From a virus: 64,000 nucleotides of DNA. The DNA lies in IMG/VR virus record IMGVR_UViG_3300050821_013910, positions 10,563 to 74,562 of that record; one strand, written 5' to 3'. The notes under the pieces were generated by a model, which saw only the letters and a list, made by a program, of their open reading frames with translations, did not search any database and had not been told where the DNA came from. A program made the position numbers and the translations under genes. Of the stretch, positions 37,203-45,478 are shown piece after piece (the stretch's first letter is position 1; every line of letters begins with the position of its first letter).

Positions 37203-37241
37203 GAGGGCGGGGGTTCTCAGCGGCATCCGCCCTCTCTTTTT
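37203..37241 (+). terminator. intrinsic terminator ending the late operon
   Basis: GAGGGCGG...CCGCCCTC stem followed by TCTTTTT. Confidence 0.7.
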
Positions 37242-37278
37242 GATCCAATGGACCTTAACCTTCCCCCGCTCCCCCGCG

Positions 37279-37494
37279 ATGAACCTCCCCCCACTCGATC
37301 CCGAATCCCTCCGCCAGCTTAAGGCATGGCGCCGCACCCACACTGGCTGCCGAGTCAAGGTCTTCTACGTGCGGTTCCGAAAGCACAAGGAGGATGAGCG
37401 GTGCGGGTTATGCCGGCTGGTTGATCGTATATTCTGGCAGATTGCACACGCAGACAAAGAAAGCCCGCCAGCCGAAGCCGACGGGCAGGCTTAG
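37279..37494 (+). CDS. hypothetical protein
   Basis: 71-aa ORF with HTGC and CGLC motifs. Confidence 0.45.
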   Translation: MNLPPLDPESLRQLKAWRRTHTGCRVKVFYVRFRKHKEDERCGLCRLVDRIFWQIAHADKESPPAEADGQA

Positions 37495-37567
37495 TTTAGG
37501 GAATTTACGTTCTGGATGGTTGGATGCCAAAACGGTCCAAGAAGCCCGAGAAGGCGCCGCCCAATAA

Positions 37568-37663
37568 GGCACCGCCCAAGACGCCCAAGAAGCGGTTGAA
37601 CCCAACCCCTTTGCAAGGGGGAGCTGACAGGCCACGCGAGTTCGAATCTCGCCGCTGCCTCCA
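37568..37663 (+). tRNA. tRNA-like element / 5'-degenerate tRNA (Cys-type acceptor end, ambiguous TGC/GCA anticodon)
   Basis: Perfect T-arm GCGAG-TTCGAAT-CTCGC, then CGCTGCC-T-CCA; CCCC-TTTGCAA-GGGG anticodon arm; long variable arm; D-arm 5' side not canonical. Confidence 0.6.
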
Positions 37664-37834
37664 ACAAAGGAGGTTAGCGATGAGACGCCCACCATAACGC
37701 TGTAACTGACCAATAGCGGTCCCTCCCCGGCGGCAACCGGGGCGGGACCAAAATCCAGAACGCGGGGCTAGCCGCACTCCAGACCCTTTTCAATTGTGCG
37801 CTTTCCCTGCCCTCACTTCAAGGGGAAAGACGCC

Positions 37835-38803
37835 ATGAATCCTGCACCATACGAGCCTCAGACGCTCACGGATGCGGTCCGCTACTACTCCAACGAACAA
37901 ACCTGCATTGACCTTCTGGCTTCGCTCCGGTGGCCCGATGGACAGGTGATCTGCACTGCTTGTGGCGAGGTCGGAAACACGATCTGGCTTGCCAACCAGA
38001 AGCGCTGGAAGTGCCGGGGGTGCAAAAAGCAGTTCTCCATTAAGGTCGGGACGATCATGGAAGACTCACCTATCGGCCTCGACAAATGGATGGTCGCATT
38101 CTGGATGCTAGCCAATTGTCGCAATGGGGTATCGTCTTACGAAATCATGCGGGCGATTGGCGTCACTCAGAAATCCACATGGCACATGCTGCACCGGATT
38201 CGACTGGCCATGACAGACCTCGCCACAGGAAAGCTCGGGGCAGCGACTCCGATTGAGATTGACGAAACCTTCGTCGGCGGGAAAGTAAAAAACATGCACA
38301 AATCGCGCCGTGTAAAGAGTCTGGATTATCACGCTGGGAAGGGTAAAGCGATTGTCATGGGAATGCTGGAAAGAGGCGGTCGAGTCCGCGCTAGAGTCAT
38401 CGCGGATCGCAAAGTACAAACCATGCGACCGGTACTGGAAGGCAGCGTTGAACGTGGTGCCCACGTATTCACCGACGAGCACGTGAGCTATCCCTTCCTG
38501 GCCAAGGAAAACGACTATGCGCATGAAATCATCAATCACATCGAAGGCTACGTCAGGGGGCATATCCACACGAACGGAATTGAGAATTTCTGGTCATGCC
38601 TGAAACGCAGTTTGGGCGGAACGTACATCAGCGTGGAGCCGTTCCATCTAGAGCGTTATGTCGATGAACAAGTATTCCGGTTCAATCTCCACAAGAAAGA
38701 TCATAGCGACGCAGATAGGTTCAAGGCCGCATTGAAGGACATTGTGGGTCGTAGATTAACCTTCGCGGAATTGACGGGGAGGCTGGCCCCAGCGACCTAC
38801 TAA
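37835..38803 (+). CDS. IS1595-family DDE transposase
   Basis: RWPDG-CxxC...CxxC Zn ribbon, EIDETFVGG, VFTDE, HTNGIENFWSCLKR, YVDEQVFRFN. Confidence 0.92.
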   Translation: MNPAPYEPQTLTDAVRYYSNEQTCIDLLASLRWPDGQVICTACGEVGNTIWLANQKRWKCRGCKKQFSIKVGTIMEDSPIGLDKWMVAFWMLANCRNGVSSYEIMRAIGVTQKSTWHMLHRIRLAMTDLATGKLGAATPIEIDETFVGGKVKNMHKSRRVKSLDYHAGKGKAIVMGMLERGGRVRARVIADRKVQTMRPVLEGSVERGAHVFTDEHVSYPFLAKENDYAHEIINHIEGYVRGHIHTNGIENFWSCLKRSLGGTYISVEPFHLERYVDEQVFRFNLHKKDHSDADRFKAALKDIVGRRLTFAELTGRLAPATY

Positions 38804-39160
38804 CCCTTACCGGAGACAGCGTGGCCCTCGCCGCCAATAAGTCGGCGAACCGTGCTATTGGACGAAGAACAAAACGCGAAAGTATGATAGCCTGTGAAGG
38901 TTACCCGGAGGTTTTTTGAGCAGCACAAACCCCGCCTTGAGCAAGCGGGGTCAGATGAAAATCCGAGATGTGCTAGCCCTTTGAGGGGGCCGGTCTGTTA
39001 TCTTCATAATCTCCCGATCCCTCTCAAAAGTCAAGCCCTTAGTTTTGCTAGGGATATCCCTGTCTCCGAAAAGGATGCGGCAGGCTAGCCCCTCACGGCT
39101 GCGCATTCACCACGCAGCCGGAGAGGATAACCATTCACTGTTAAACCATGGAGGCTAACA

Positions 39161-39292
39161 ATGAAACATACACCCGTTCACGTATATCGCGACTCGAAAA
39201 CCGGGCAGTTCATCCCCGAGAGAACTGCTGTGAGGCGTCCCGCCACCACCGAACGTGAAACAGTCTATCGTCCCTCACCCAAGAGGGGCTAA
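39161..39292 (+). CDS. small basic protein (43 aa, not in ORF track)
   Basis: GGAGG SD; MKHTPVHVYRDSKTGQFIPERTAVRRPATTERETV. Confidence 0.65.
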   Translation: MKHTPVHVYRDSKTGQFIPERTAVRRPATTERETVYRPSPKRG

Positions 39293-39342
39293 AGAGACTC
39301 CCAACCCAAACGCCATTTTTGTCGCATTTGACCTTTTCCGGT

Positions 39343-39369
39343 GGCCCATCTTTCAGATGGGCCGTTTTT
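39343..39369 (+). terminator. intrinsic terminator
   Basis: GGCCCATC-TTTCA-GATGGGCC-GTTTTT. Confidence 0.7.
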
Positions 39370-39996
39370 CATGGGACCGTTGGTTAGCTTAGTCAGTTAT
39401 TGCCAAAAAGTTGTCTGAAACTCAAACCACGCTCAAGGAAGTTGAAACCAAAGTCGATGGCCGACTGACGGAACTCCTGGAGCTGACGCGCAAATCCAGC
39501 CGGGCAGAGGGGGTCAAGGAAGCAGAGAAGCGGCCTACCGTCGCCGATGAGCCGCAGGTGTAGTTCGGTGGATGTCCGGCTGCGTAGGGGAATGGTGGAG
39601 ATGGTGGAGATGGTGACGATAATCGAGAGCATCTTGCGCCCGCTTTCCCCTCTGAATTAAGCGCCCCCTTTGTGCAAATCTGACCATCATTCCCCTCTCC
39701 AATCCCGCTAATCTCAGGCAATCCTTCAGCAGGAGGTCTGCCTGTGCCCCCAGTGCCCCTAGTGCCCCTAGAGTCCCTTCTCGCCCAGATCGATCGGCAT
39801 CGGATGATCGCCGACAAGCTACGCATCCACGCTTCGTTAGAGATTTACCGGGAGTTCGTAAATTCCCGCAACAACCTGCTGCAGGCGATGATTCTGGTCG
39901 CGCATCTGCATGAATTGACGAGGCATGGAGAGAGGGAGAAGGGGAGCCAATCGAGTGCCAGCGCCCTCTCCTCCCCTACCACCAACTCACCGCCGC

Positions 39997-40668
39997 CTAC
40001 CACCAACTCAACTCAATATCTGAGATCAGCCACAACCACGCCAACCCACTAGGCATCGACCCCTGCTGCGCCTGCACGTAGGCCCCGTCCGGCCACTCCT
40101 GCCCCGCGGGGAACGCCGTGGCGGGAACCTTCTGTAAGGTCGAGGGAACCAAAAATGCTACCCCATCGCTCACTTCGGTCACAGAGATCGTCTTTCCTAC
40201 GGTGTCGATCAGGTAAGTCGCCTGCATAACCCGCTCCTGGTCCGCTACGAACTGTCCGACTTTGAATCCGGTTGGAACCCAGCCGCCTGCGGAATTGGCG
40301 ATCATGTAGCCCTGTGTGGCCTGGCGCTGGACGCTGCCGTTGTACTTCATCTTGTTGATCACAAAGATCACATCGGTCTCATTCACGTTGATCGCTGACA
40401 GGTTGCCGCTCACGCACGACCTCCACGTGGCCGAGCAATTCCCGGTGTTGGGGAGGACCGGACGGACCGCAGCCGGGTACCACATCCACGCCGGGTACTG
40501 CTTGCCTTGGGGGTCGGTGTTGCCCGAGGTGCTAAGCAAGAGGGCGTGGTCGGGGCCGGGGATGGTGAGGGCGCTATAGGAGGCGGGTGAAATTCCGCCA
40601 ATCATCGAACCGTCACTTTGGGTATGTGTTTTAAAGGCAACAGTATGGATGTTTCTATCTGTGATCAT
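39997..40668 (-). CDS. hypothetical beta-rich protein
   Basis: GGAGG SD before ATG 40668. Confidence 0.6.
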   Translation of the reverse strand: MITDRNIHTVAFKTHTQSDGSMIGGISPASYSALTIPGPDHALLLSTSGNTDPQGKQYPAWMWYPAAVRPVLPNTGNCSATWRSCVSGNLSAINVNETDVIFVINKMKYNGSVQRQATQGYMIANSAGGWVPTGFKVGQFVADQERVMQATYLIDTVGKTISVTEVSDGVAFLVPSTLQKVPATAFPAGQEWPDGAYVQAQQGSMPSGLAWLWLISDIELSWW

Positions 40669-41227
40669 TTGAATCCTCCAACGAGCGCACGATCCGCCTG
40701 AAGTTTGCGCGTAGTTTGTCGTACCTGTTATGACAAGACCGACACAGCCTACGATAGTCGTCAATATCCTCGTACCGGCCAGTCATATTGGCCCAATCAT
40801 AATGCTTACCAAGAGCGTCTGTCCCGCAAAACTCACACTTGCGCGGCTTTCCCTTGCGCCTAATCAGGCGCAAATGGAGAGCCTGATAGCCAGCTGCGTT
40901 ATCCTTCCATCCCTTGTTCTTTTCTCCCCACTGGTCCCTCTTTGCAGCCACTCGTGCCTTGATTTCGAAGCGACGCATCGCATAACATACCACGGGCTGT
41001 GAGCTATGATACTTGGACGCTATCTCACACTGAGACATTCCAGACTGGTAGTCTTTCTGTAGTTGGTCTTTAGTGAAGGGATAGGCTGGAGTTTTATTTT
41101 TCCAAACATTACGCATAATGGAGACGTAACACGTCAGACACTTTTTTCTTCCCAAAGTGTCTATCTGCCACGAGTCGTGTCCCTGTGGACATAAAATTTT
41201 AGGGTATTCTGGATGCGGGGATGTCAT
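40655..41227 (-). CDS. HNH-family homing endonuclease with Zn and HTH DNA-binding modules
   Basis: CPQGH..CLTC, GMSQCEIASKY HTH, GEKNKGWK, CEFCG...YDWAN...LCRSCH; low GC. Confidence 0.75.
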   Translation of the reverse strand: MTSPHPEYPKILCPQGHDSWQIDTLGRKKCLTCYVSIMRNVWKNKTPAYPFTKDQLQKDYQSGMSQCEIASKYHSSQPVVCYAMRRFEIKARVAAKRDQWGEKNKGWKDNAAGYQALHLRLIRRKGKPRKCEFCGTDALGKHYDWANMTGRYEDIDDYRRLCRSCHNRYDKLRANFRRIVRSLEDSNDHR

Positions 41228-41357
41228 CTTTGGCCCTCCGCGGCCATGAGGTTAAAAGGGAGTCGCAAGCTCCCGATATCCCCATTGTATCATTCAGGCT
41301 GGCTTGACTGTGAATTTACTGGTGCACCACGGGATTATGGCGACGGCGACGGACATC

Positions 41358-41747
41358 TCACCTCGGCGGCGGCGGTTGCAGCGAGGGCGGCCTAACCGCA
41401 GGCGCATCGGCGGGAACACCCTCTCCCAAAATGTCGAACCGGTGAACCTGCGGCGCGTTCTGCTTCTGCGAGATCTGCTGCACCTGAGCCTTGACCGCCA
41501 GGATTTGATTGATCAGGTCGCGCTGCCTGGGCGACTCCCCCGCAGCAATACTCCTGACCACCATTTCGAGGTTGGAAATCCGGCGGTCGATCTCCTGCTC
41601 GTGCTGTTCGCGCTGGAGAGTGCGGTTGATGCTCTGGACCTGTTCGTTGTCGATGTACTTCTTGACGGTGATCACGCCGCTCGCGACGGACCCGATGATG
41701 GTGAGCAGAGTGGCAATCGTGGCGAGGGTGATGTGTCTGGGTGTCAT
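41358..41747 (-). CDS. membrane-anchored coiled-coil protein
   Basis: N-terminal TM ITLATIATLLTIIGSV. Confidence 0.55.
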   Translation of the reverse strand: MTPRHITLATIATLLTIIGSVASGVITVKKYIDNEQVQSINRTLQREQHEQEIDRRISNLEMVVRSIAAGESPRQRDLINQILAVKAQVQQISQKQNAPQVHRFDILGEGVPADAPAVRPPSLQPPPPR

Positions 41748-41961
41748 GGGTGGGTGTCCTGCTGCGATTGTAGGCCAGTTTTGGCCAGAGGACGTTTTGG
41801 ATACGGATAACATCGATACCCTTCTATCGGGTGAACACGCATTGCCGATCCGAATAAATCGCGGCACATGGTAAACGCGAGCGCCGATTCCCAGTTCTAG
41901 CCGCGAGCATCGTAGAACTTGATCAACTCACGAGCCTCAATCATGAGCGGCGTATCCATCC

Positions 41962-42144
41962 TCACTCCCAAGGGTTTTCGCCTGTCACGAGCACAAAGCA
42001 GCGCTTGAGTTCGGCTACAGCGTCAGGCAAGGATTCCTTCATCGCCTTGACGTGAAAATCGGCTGGCATGGGCAACACCAGCGCATGCGCAAGATTATCA
42101 ACGGTATCGATTGCGCGGCCTAACGAATCCTGTGCGTCTTCCAT
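41962..42144 (-). CDS. hypothetical protein
   Basis: GAGGAG SD. Confidence 0.55.
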   Translation of the reverse strand: MEDAQDSLGRAIDTVDNLAHALVLPMPADFHVKAMKESLPDAVAELKRCFVLVTGENPWE

Positions 42145-42275
42145 TTTTTTCTCCTCACATTGTCATGCTAGTCGAGGCAGGAACAGAGCCTCCACTGTCC
42201 CTGCCCCTGTGTGCCCTTTAGCTGCCGATGATCACGATCGGCGTGTCCTTGGGAGTATGGTCCGCCTGGGCGCCG

Positions 42276-42530
42276 CTAATAACAACGATCGGGGTATCCT
42301 TCGGCGCTGTTTCCGCCAGGATCAGAAGAAGCATCAGCATTGAAAACATGGGTGACCTCCCTTGCGTGGTTCAGCGCATCCTGGATCACCTTCCCGAGTA
42401 CCCTGTCGTCCCCATCGTCCACATGCTCCATCAATGCGCCAACCAGGTGCTTGTAGAACACATAAACCTGAGACCCGCGGAGATTGCGCTCAGCGTTTTC
42501 GAGCGCCCTGAGCTTGTCCCTCTGATTCAC
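42276..42530 (-). CDS. hypothetical protein
   Basis: AAGGAGG SD, GTG start. Confidence 0.55.
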   Translation of the reverse strand: MNQRDKLRALENAERNLRGSQVYVFYKHLVGALMEHVDDGDDRVLGKVIQDALNHAREVTHVFNADASSDPGGNSAEGYPDRCY

Positions 42531-42557
42531 TGCAGGACCTCCTTTTCTCACTTCCGA

Positions 42558-42680
42558 CTATTCTGCTTTGACTACAAACCTCGTCCCGCAGGACACGCAC
42601 ACATAACCCGCTACATCCAACCGCAGGTACAGATGGCGGCAGGTCAACGGATCGATCGGCTTGAACAGGCTGACCGTCAT
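42558..42680 (-). CDS. small zinc-ribbon protein
   Basis: CRH...CVSCG; ATGA overlap. Confidence 0.5.
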   Translation of the reverse strand: MTVSLFKPIDPLTCRHLYLRLDVAGYVCVSCGTRFVVKAE

Positions 42681-42913
42681 GGCTGGCCGCGGCGGGCGGT
42701 GAGGGTGCCGTCTCTGAGGTTCCTGTAATCGCGCAGGCATATCTGGTACGCCGCCACGGCGTCGTCGGCGCGCAGGGTCTGGTTCTGGACCTGATACCGG
42801 AGCGCCGCCACCTCCTTCTCCAGCCGGATCACCTCGTCCACCTTGGCCTCGTACTCCGAGGTGCGCTGGGCGAGGTCGCGCTGGAGGTTGCGAATTTCTC
42901 CTTCGTAGGTCAT
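42677..42913 (-). CDS. coiled-coil hypothetical protein
   Basis: GGAGG SD. Confidence 0.6.
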   Translation of the reverse strand: MTYEGEIRNLQRDLAQRTSEYEAKVDEVIRLEKEVAALRYQVQNQTLRADDAVAAYQICLRDYRNLRDGTLTARRGQP

Positions 42914-43002
42914 ATCAAAGCCTCCGCTCCGATCAGGTTCATGTGGCCCTTTCATAGTTGGGGATGACTACGATGATGCCGTTATGTAGATCACGACGAT
43001 GC

Positions 43003-43464
43003 CTAGAATGCAGCCCGCAAACCAAGGTCGCCCGTGTAGCCGGTTCGCATGAGACAGTCGCGCACATCTGCCTTGATCGACAGCCCTTCGGGTGTAGCTG
43101 CTCTGTAGTCAAGTGCGCGAATCAGCCCACCGTGAGCCTCTGTGAGCAGTCCCCGCGTCCGATCAAGTTCAACCTGCGCGTCAATAAGCGGGTCAGGATG
43201 ATGCCCGAACTTTCCCAACTTCTCAACTGGAATCACATCAGAAGCGGCATTCATGGGATCGTCTCCAATGGTCGCGCCCTTTGTATACACAAAGTCGTAG
43301 CCGAGCATCTTTAGGGCGCATAGAGTATCGGTTGTTCCCCTGCGGGTCCACTCGATAACGCCAGGGCGCGAGTTGTCTTGAATGTCGTGGGTTAACAACT
43401 CAGTTACTTTCTCCACGATTCGCAAGTCTTGTGCAGTGACCAAATCCTCGTTCAGCCCCATCAT
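43003..43464 (-). CDS. hypothetical protein
   Basis: GAGGGG SD. Confidence 0.55.
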   Translation of the reverse strand: MMGLNEDLVTAQDLRIVEKVTELLTHDIQDNSRPGVIEWTRRGTTDTLCALKMLGYDFVYTKGATIGDDPMNAASDVIPVEKLGKFGHHPDPLIDAQVELDRTRGLLTEAHGGLIRALDYRAATPEGLSIKADVRDCLMRTGYTGDLGLRAAF

Positions 43465-43504
43465 TTCCCCTCTTTTCTCAGGCACCATAGTGCCAGCGTT
43501 GACT

Positions 43505-43717
43505 CTACCTCGGATGCCTGCAATCCCAGCACTGCCACGGGCCTCCCCGCGACGAATACACCTGACCCACCTTGCCGCAGTCCGCGCAGCACGGTGCCAC
43601 CTCGCGCGCGTCTACCTCGTCCTGCCGCGCACGCTCATACTCCCGATCCTCATCGCGGGGCGTAGGGAGCCATATCTCGCCGCCGAGGCGGTCGTCGATG
43701 AAATGTCCTGTGCTCAT
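43505..43717 (-). CDS. small zinc-finger protein
   Basis: CADCG...CWDC. Confidence 0.55.
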   Translation of the reverse strand: MSTGHFIDDRLGGEIWLPTPRDEDREYERARQDEVDAREVAPCCADCGKVGQVYSSRGGPWQCWDCRHPR

Positions 43718-44223
43718 GCCGAACTCCTAACTAACAGTGGTGTAAAAATGAATGGTTTCCTCGGAGTGGCGTAGGGCAGCATCAAGGGATGCTTTGGATG
43801 ACCGTCTTTGCCAAGTCCAAGGCAGGAGAACTCTACCCATGAATCAGATAACATTTCGCGCTGTACAGCCCGCAATCGCATGTTCTCGTTTGGAAAATGC
43901 TGTCCGCATCCCCATGCACAAACGACCTCTTGCGATTGGGTGGAGATTGTTCGGATCCAATAGTCATTCATGGGACCAATAGGGTCGGCCACGGCCCGCA
44001 CGAATTTCGGATTCCGGCTCCTAATAGCATACAAGTTGATAACGACCATTCTCCCGTATCCCCAGCGCTGCGAGAATCCAATGCACTTACGGATGGTCGC
44101 GTCGTTGTTCGTAGCGTCAGCAGTTGAGGGATTAAACATCAGCCACGCAACCGAAGGACCGTCACTCCACAAACGGCTGAGTGTGTAGCGATAAAGGCCG
44201 TTCGGGGAAATCTCCGCGCTCAC
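43714..44223 (-). CDS. DUF1643-family protein
   Basis: YRYTLSRLW, MFNPSTADA..DATIR, VVCAWG, GHPKHPL. Confidence 0.85.
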   Translation of the reverse strand: MSAEISPNGLYRYTLSRLWSDGPSVAWLMFNPSTADATNNDATIRKCIGFSQRWGYGRMVVINLYAIRSRNPKFVRAVADPIGPMNDYWIRTISTQSQEVVCAWGCGQHFPNENMRLRAVQREMLSDSWVEFSCLGLGKDGHPKHPLMLPYATPRKPFIFTPLLVRSSA

Positions 44224-44546
44224 GCCATCACCTCCGGGCGCATCAGGTCCAGCTTGTCATACGGGCTGATCCACGCGATCCCCCGCAACCACTCGCCCTC
44301 TCTGGCCCACTCGTGGGCGTGCAGTTCCTCCCGGTCCATCCCTGCGATCAGCCGGCCCTTGCTGGTGACGCCGATGAACTGGGTCTGGCCGCTCAGCCGA
44401 GCCCGCTGCTTGGCCCAGAGATAGAGCAGGCGGGGAATCTCCAGACCGTCGATCTCGACCAGCGGAGGGAGCGCGGGTGCGGGCGCGGAGGTGGCGGTGG
44501 GAGTGGAGGTGCTGGCGGAGAGTTTAAGGGCGGTGAGGGTGCTCAT
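44220..44546 (-). CDS. hypothetical protein
   Basis: Coupled to neighbours. Confidence 0.6.
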   Translation of the reverse strand: MSTLTALKLSASTSTPTATSAPAPALPPLVEIDGLEIPRLLYLWAKQRARLSGQTQFIGVTSKGRLIAGMDREELHAHEWAREGEWLRGIAWISPYDKLDLMRPEVMA

Positions 44547-44869
44547 TAGGATTGCTCCTTGCCGTCGGCCTTGTCGAGCGCGGCGCGAACCACATGCAGT
44601 GTGTGGCTATTTTCTTCCGGCCGCATTTTCATGCGATTCTGCTCAACGTGGTGACGCTCTATTTCCTTCAACGCCTCGTACATATCGGGCGCAGCAGCAA
44701 TCAGACTCAAATCAGCTTTCTTCTGATCAAGTGGACGATCAGCACGCCGAGGAACGCCGCAAACGGGGAGATTAGTACTGCTCCATATCTTAGCTCCATT
44801 GACTCCGTTTGGTTCGTTGTGGCGCGGCGCGACAATCTTCCAAGGCCCCGGTGTAAACTTGCTCATCAT
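44546..44869 (-). CDS. phage protein of the TPGPW...LIAAAPD type
   Basis: FTPGPW and LIAAAPDMYEAL motifs. Confidence 0.7.
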   Translation of the reverse strand: MMSKFTPGPWKIVAPRHNEPNGVNGAKIWSSTNLPVCGVPRRADRPLDQKKADLSLIAAAPDMYEALKEIERHHVEQNRMKMRPEENSHTLHVVRAALDKADGKEQS

Positions 44870-44947
44870 CCCTGCTCCCTCTCCCTAATCTCCCCCAGCA
44901 TGAGAAGAATTATGCGCCTGCCGCTTTCAGAATGCAAGCAAAAGTGG

Positions 44948-44999
44948 CTAACGTTAGGCAATATAGTTGACGCAAAAGGGAAACCGGCGTAACGTTTAC
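44948..44999 (+). promoter_or_regulatory. sigma70 promoter with TAACGTT palindromic operators
   Basis: TTGACG-17-TAACGT, ATG 6 nt later; CTAACGTTAG (44948) and GTAACGTTTAC (44989). Confidence 0.65.
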
Positions 45000-45001
45000 C
45001 C

Positions 45002-45217
45002 ATGGCCCGATACAGCAGGGAACAAGTAACCGACATGCTCATCACGCGCAAGGGCGACAAGTCCCTCCGAGGGCTCGCTCGTGAGCTTGGCGTGTCGGCA
45101 CCTTACTTGTCCGACATTTTTCTCGGAAGACGAGAACCCGGTCCCAAGATTCTGGTCGCGCTCAACCTTCGTAAGATCAAGACGGTGACCTATCAGTATG
45201 TGAGGAATGGCAAATGA
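45002..45217 (+). CDS. XRE-family HTH regulator (leaderless)
   Basis: SLRGLARELGVSAPYLSDIFLGRREPG. Confidence 0.85.
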   Translation: MARYSREQVTDMLITRKGDKSLRGLARELGVSAPYLSDIFLGRREPGPKILVALNLRKIKTVTYQYVRNGK

Positions 45218-45455
45218 CCCAAGCGCTGAGGCAGATGGGGAGGGCGACATGACCAACTGTGATGACGACGACCACATCCGCCGCCTCGAATCCCTGTCCG
45301 ACGCCGAACTGGACGCCGAACTCCTCTCCTTCGGCATCGACCCCGACGAACTGAACCGCAAGATGCTCGCCCGGCTGCTGGAGGAGAGGCTGAAGGGTCA
45401 CGACACGCCGATGCTCAACGAGGCCATCCGCCAGTTCGACGAGGCGACGCGCTGA
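45207..45455 (+). CDS. acidic hypothetical protein
   Basis: Overlaps the HTH gene end; high GC3. Confidence 0.55.
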   Translation: MANDPSAEADGEGDMTNCDDDDHIRRLESLSDAELDAELLSFGIDPDELNRKMLARLLEERLKGHDTPMLNEAIRQFDEATR

Positions 45456-45478
45456 GATGGGCCGTCGGCTCGCTCAGG

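Larger units (their letters stand above)
37499..39867 (+). mobile_element. IS1595-family element with passenger DNA (ends tentative)
   Basis: Transposase plus an 11-bp inverted repeat GGGAATTTACG (37499-37509 / 39857-39867); no target-site duplication seen. Confidence 0.4.

Noticed and set aside
37491-39875. Firm IS boundaries with target-site duplication
   Set aside because: Only an 11-bp inverted match, flanks are not duplicated, and the right copy lies inside a plausible ORF (39744..40052); could be chance.
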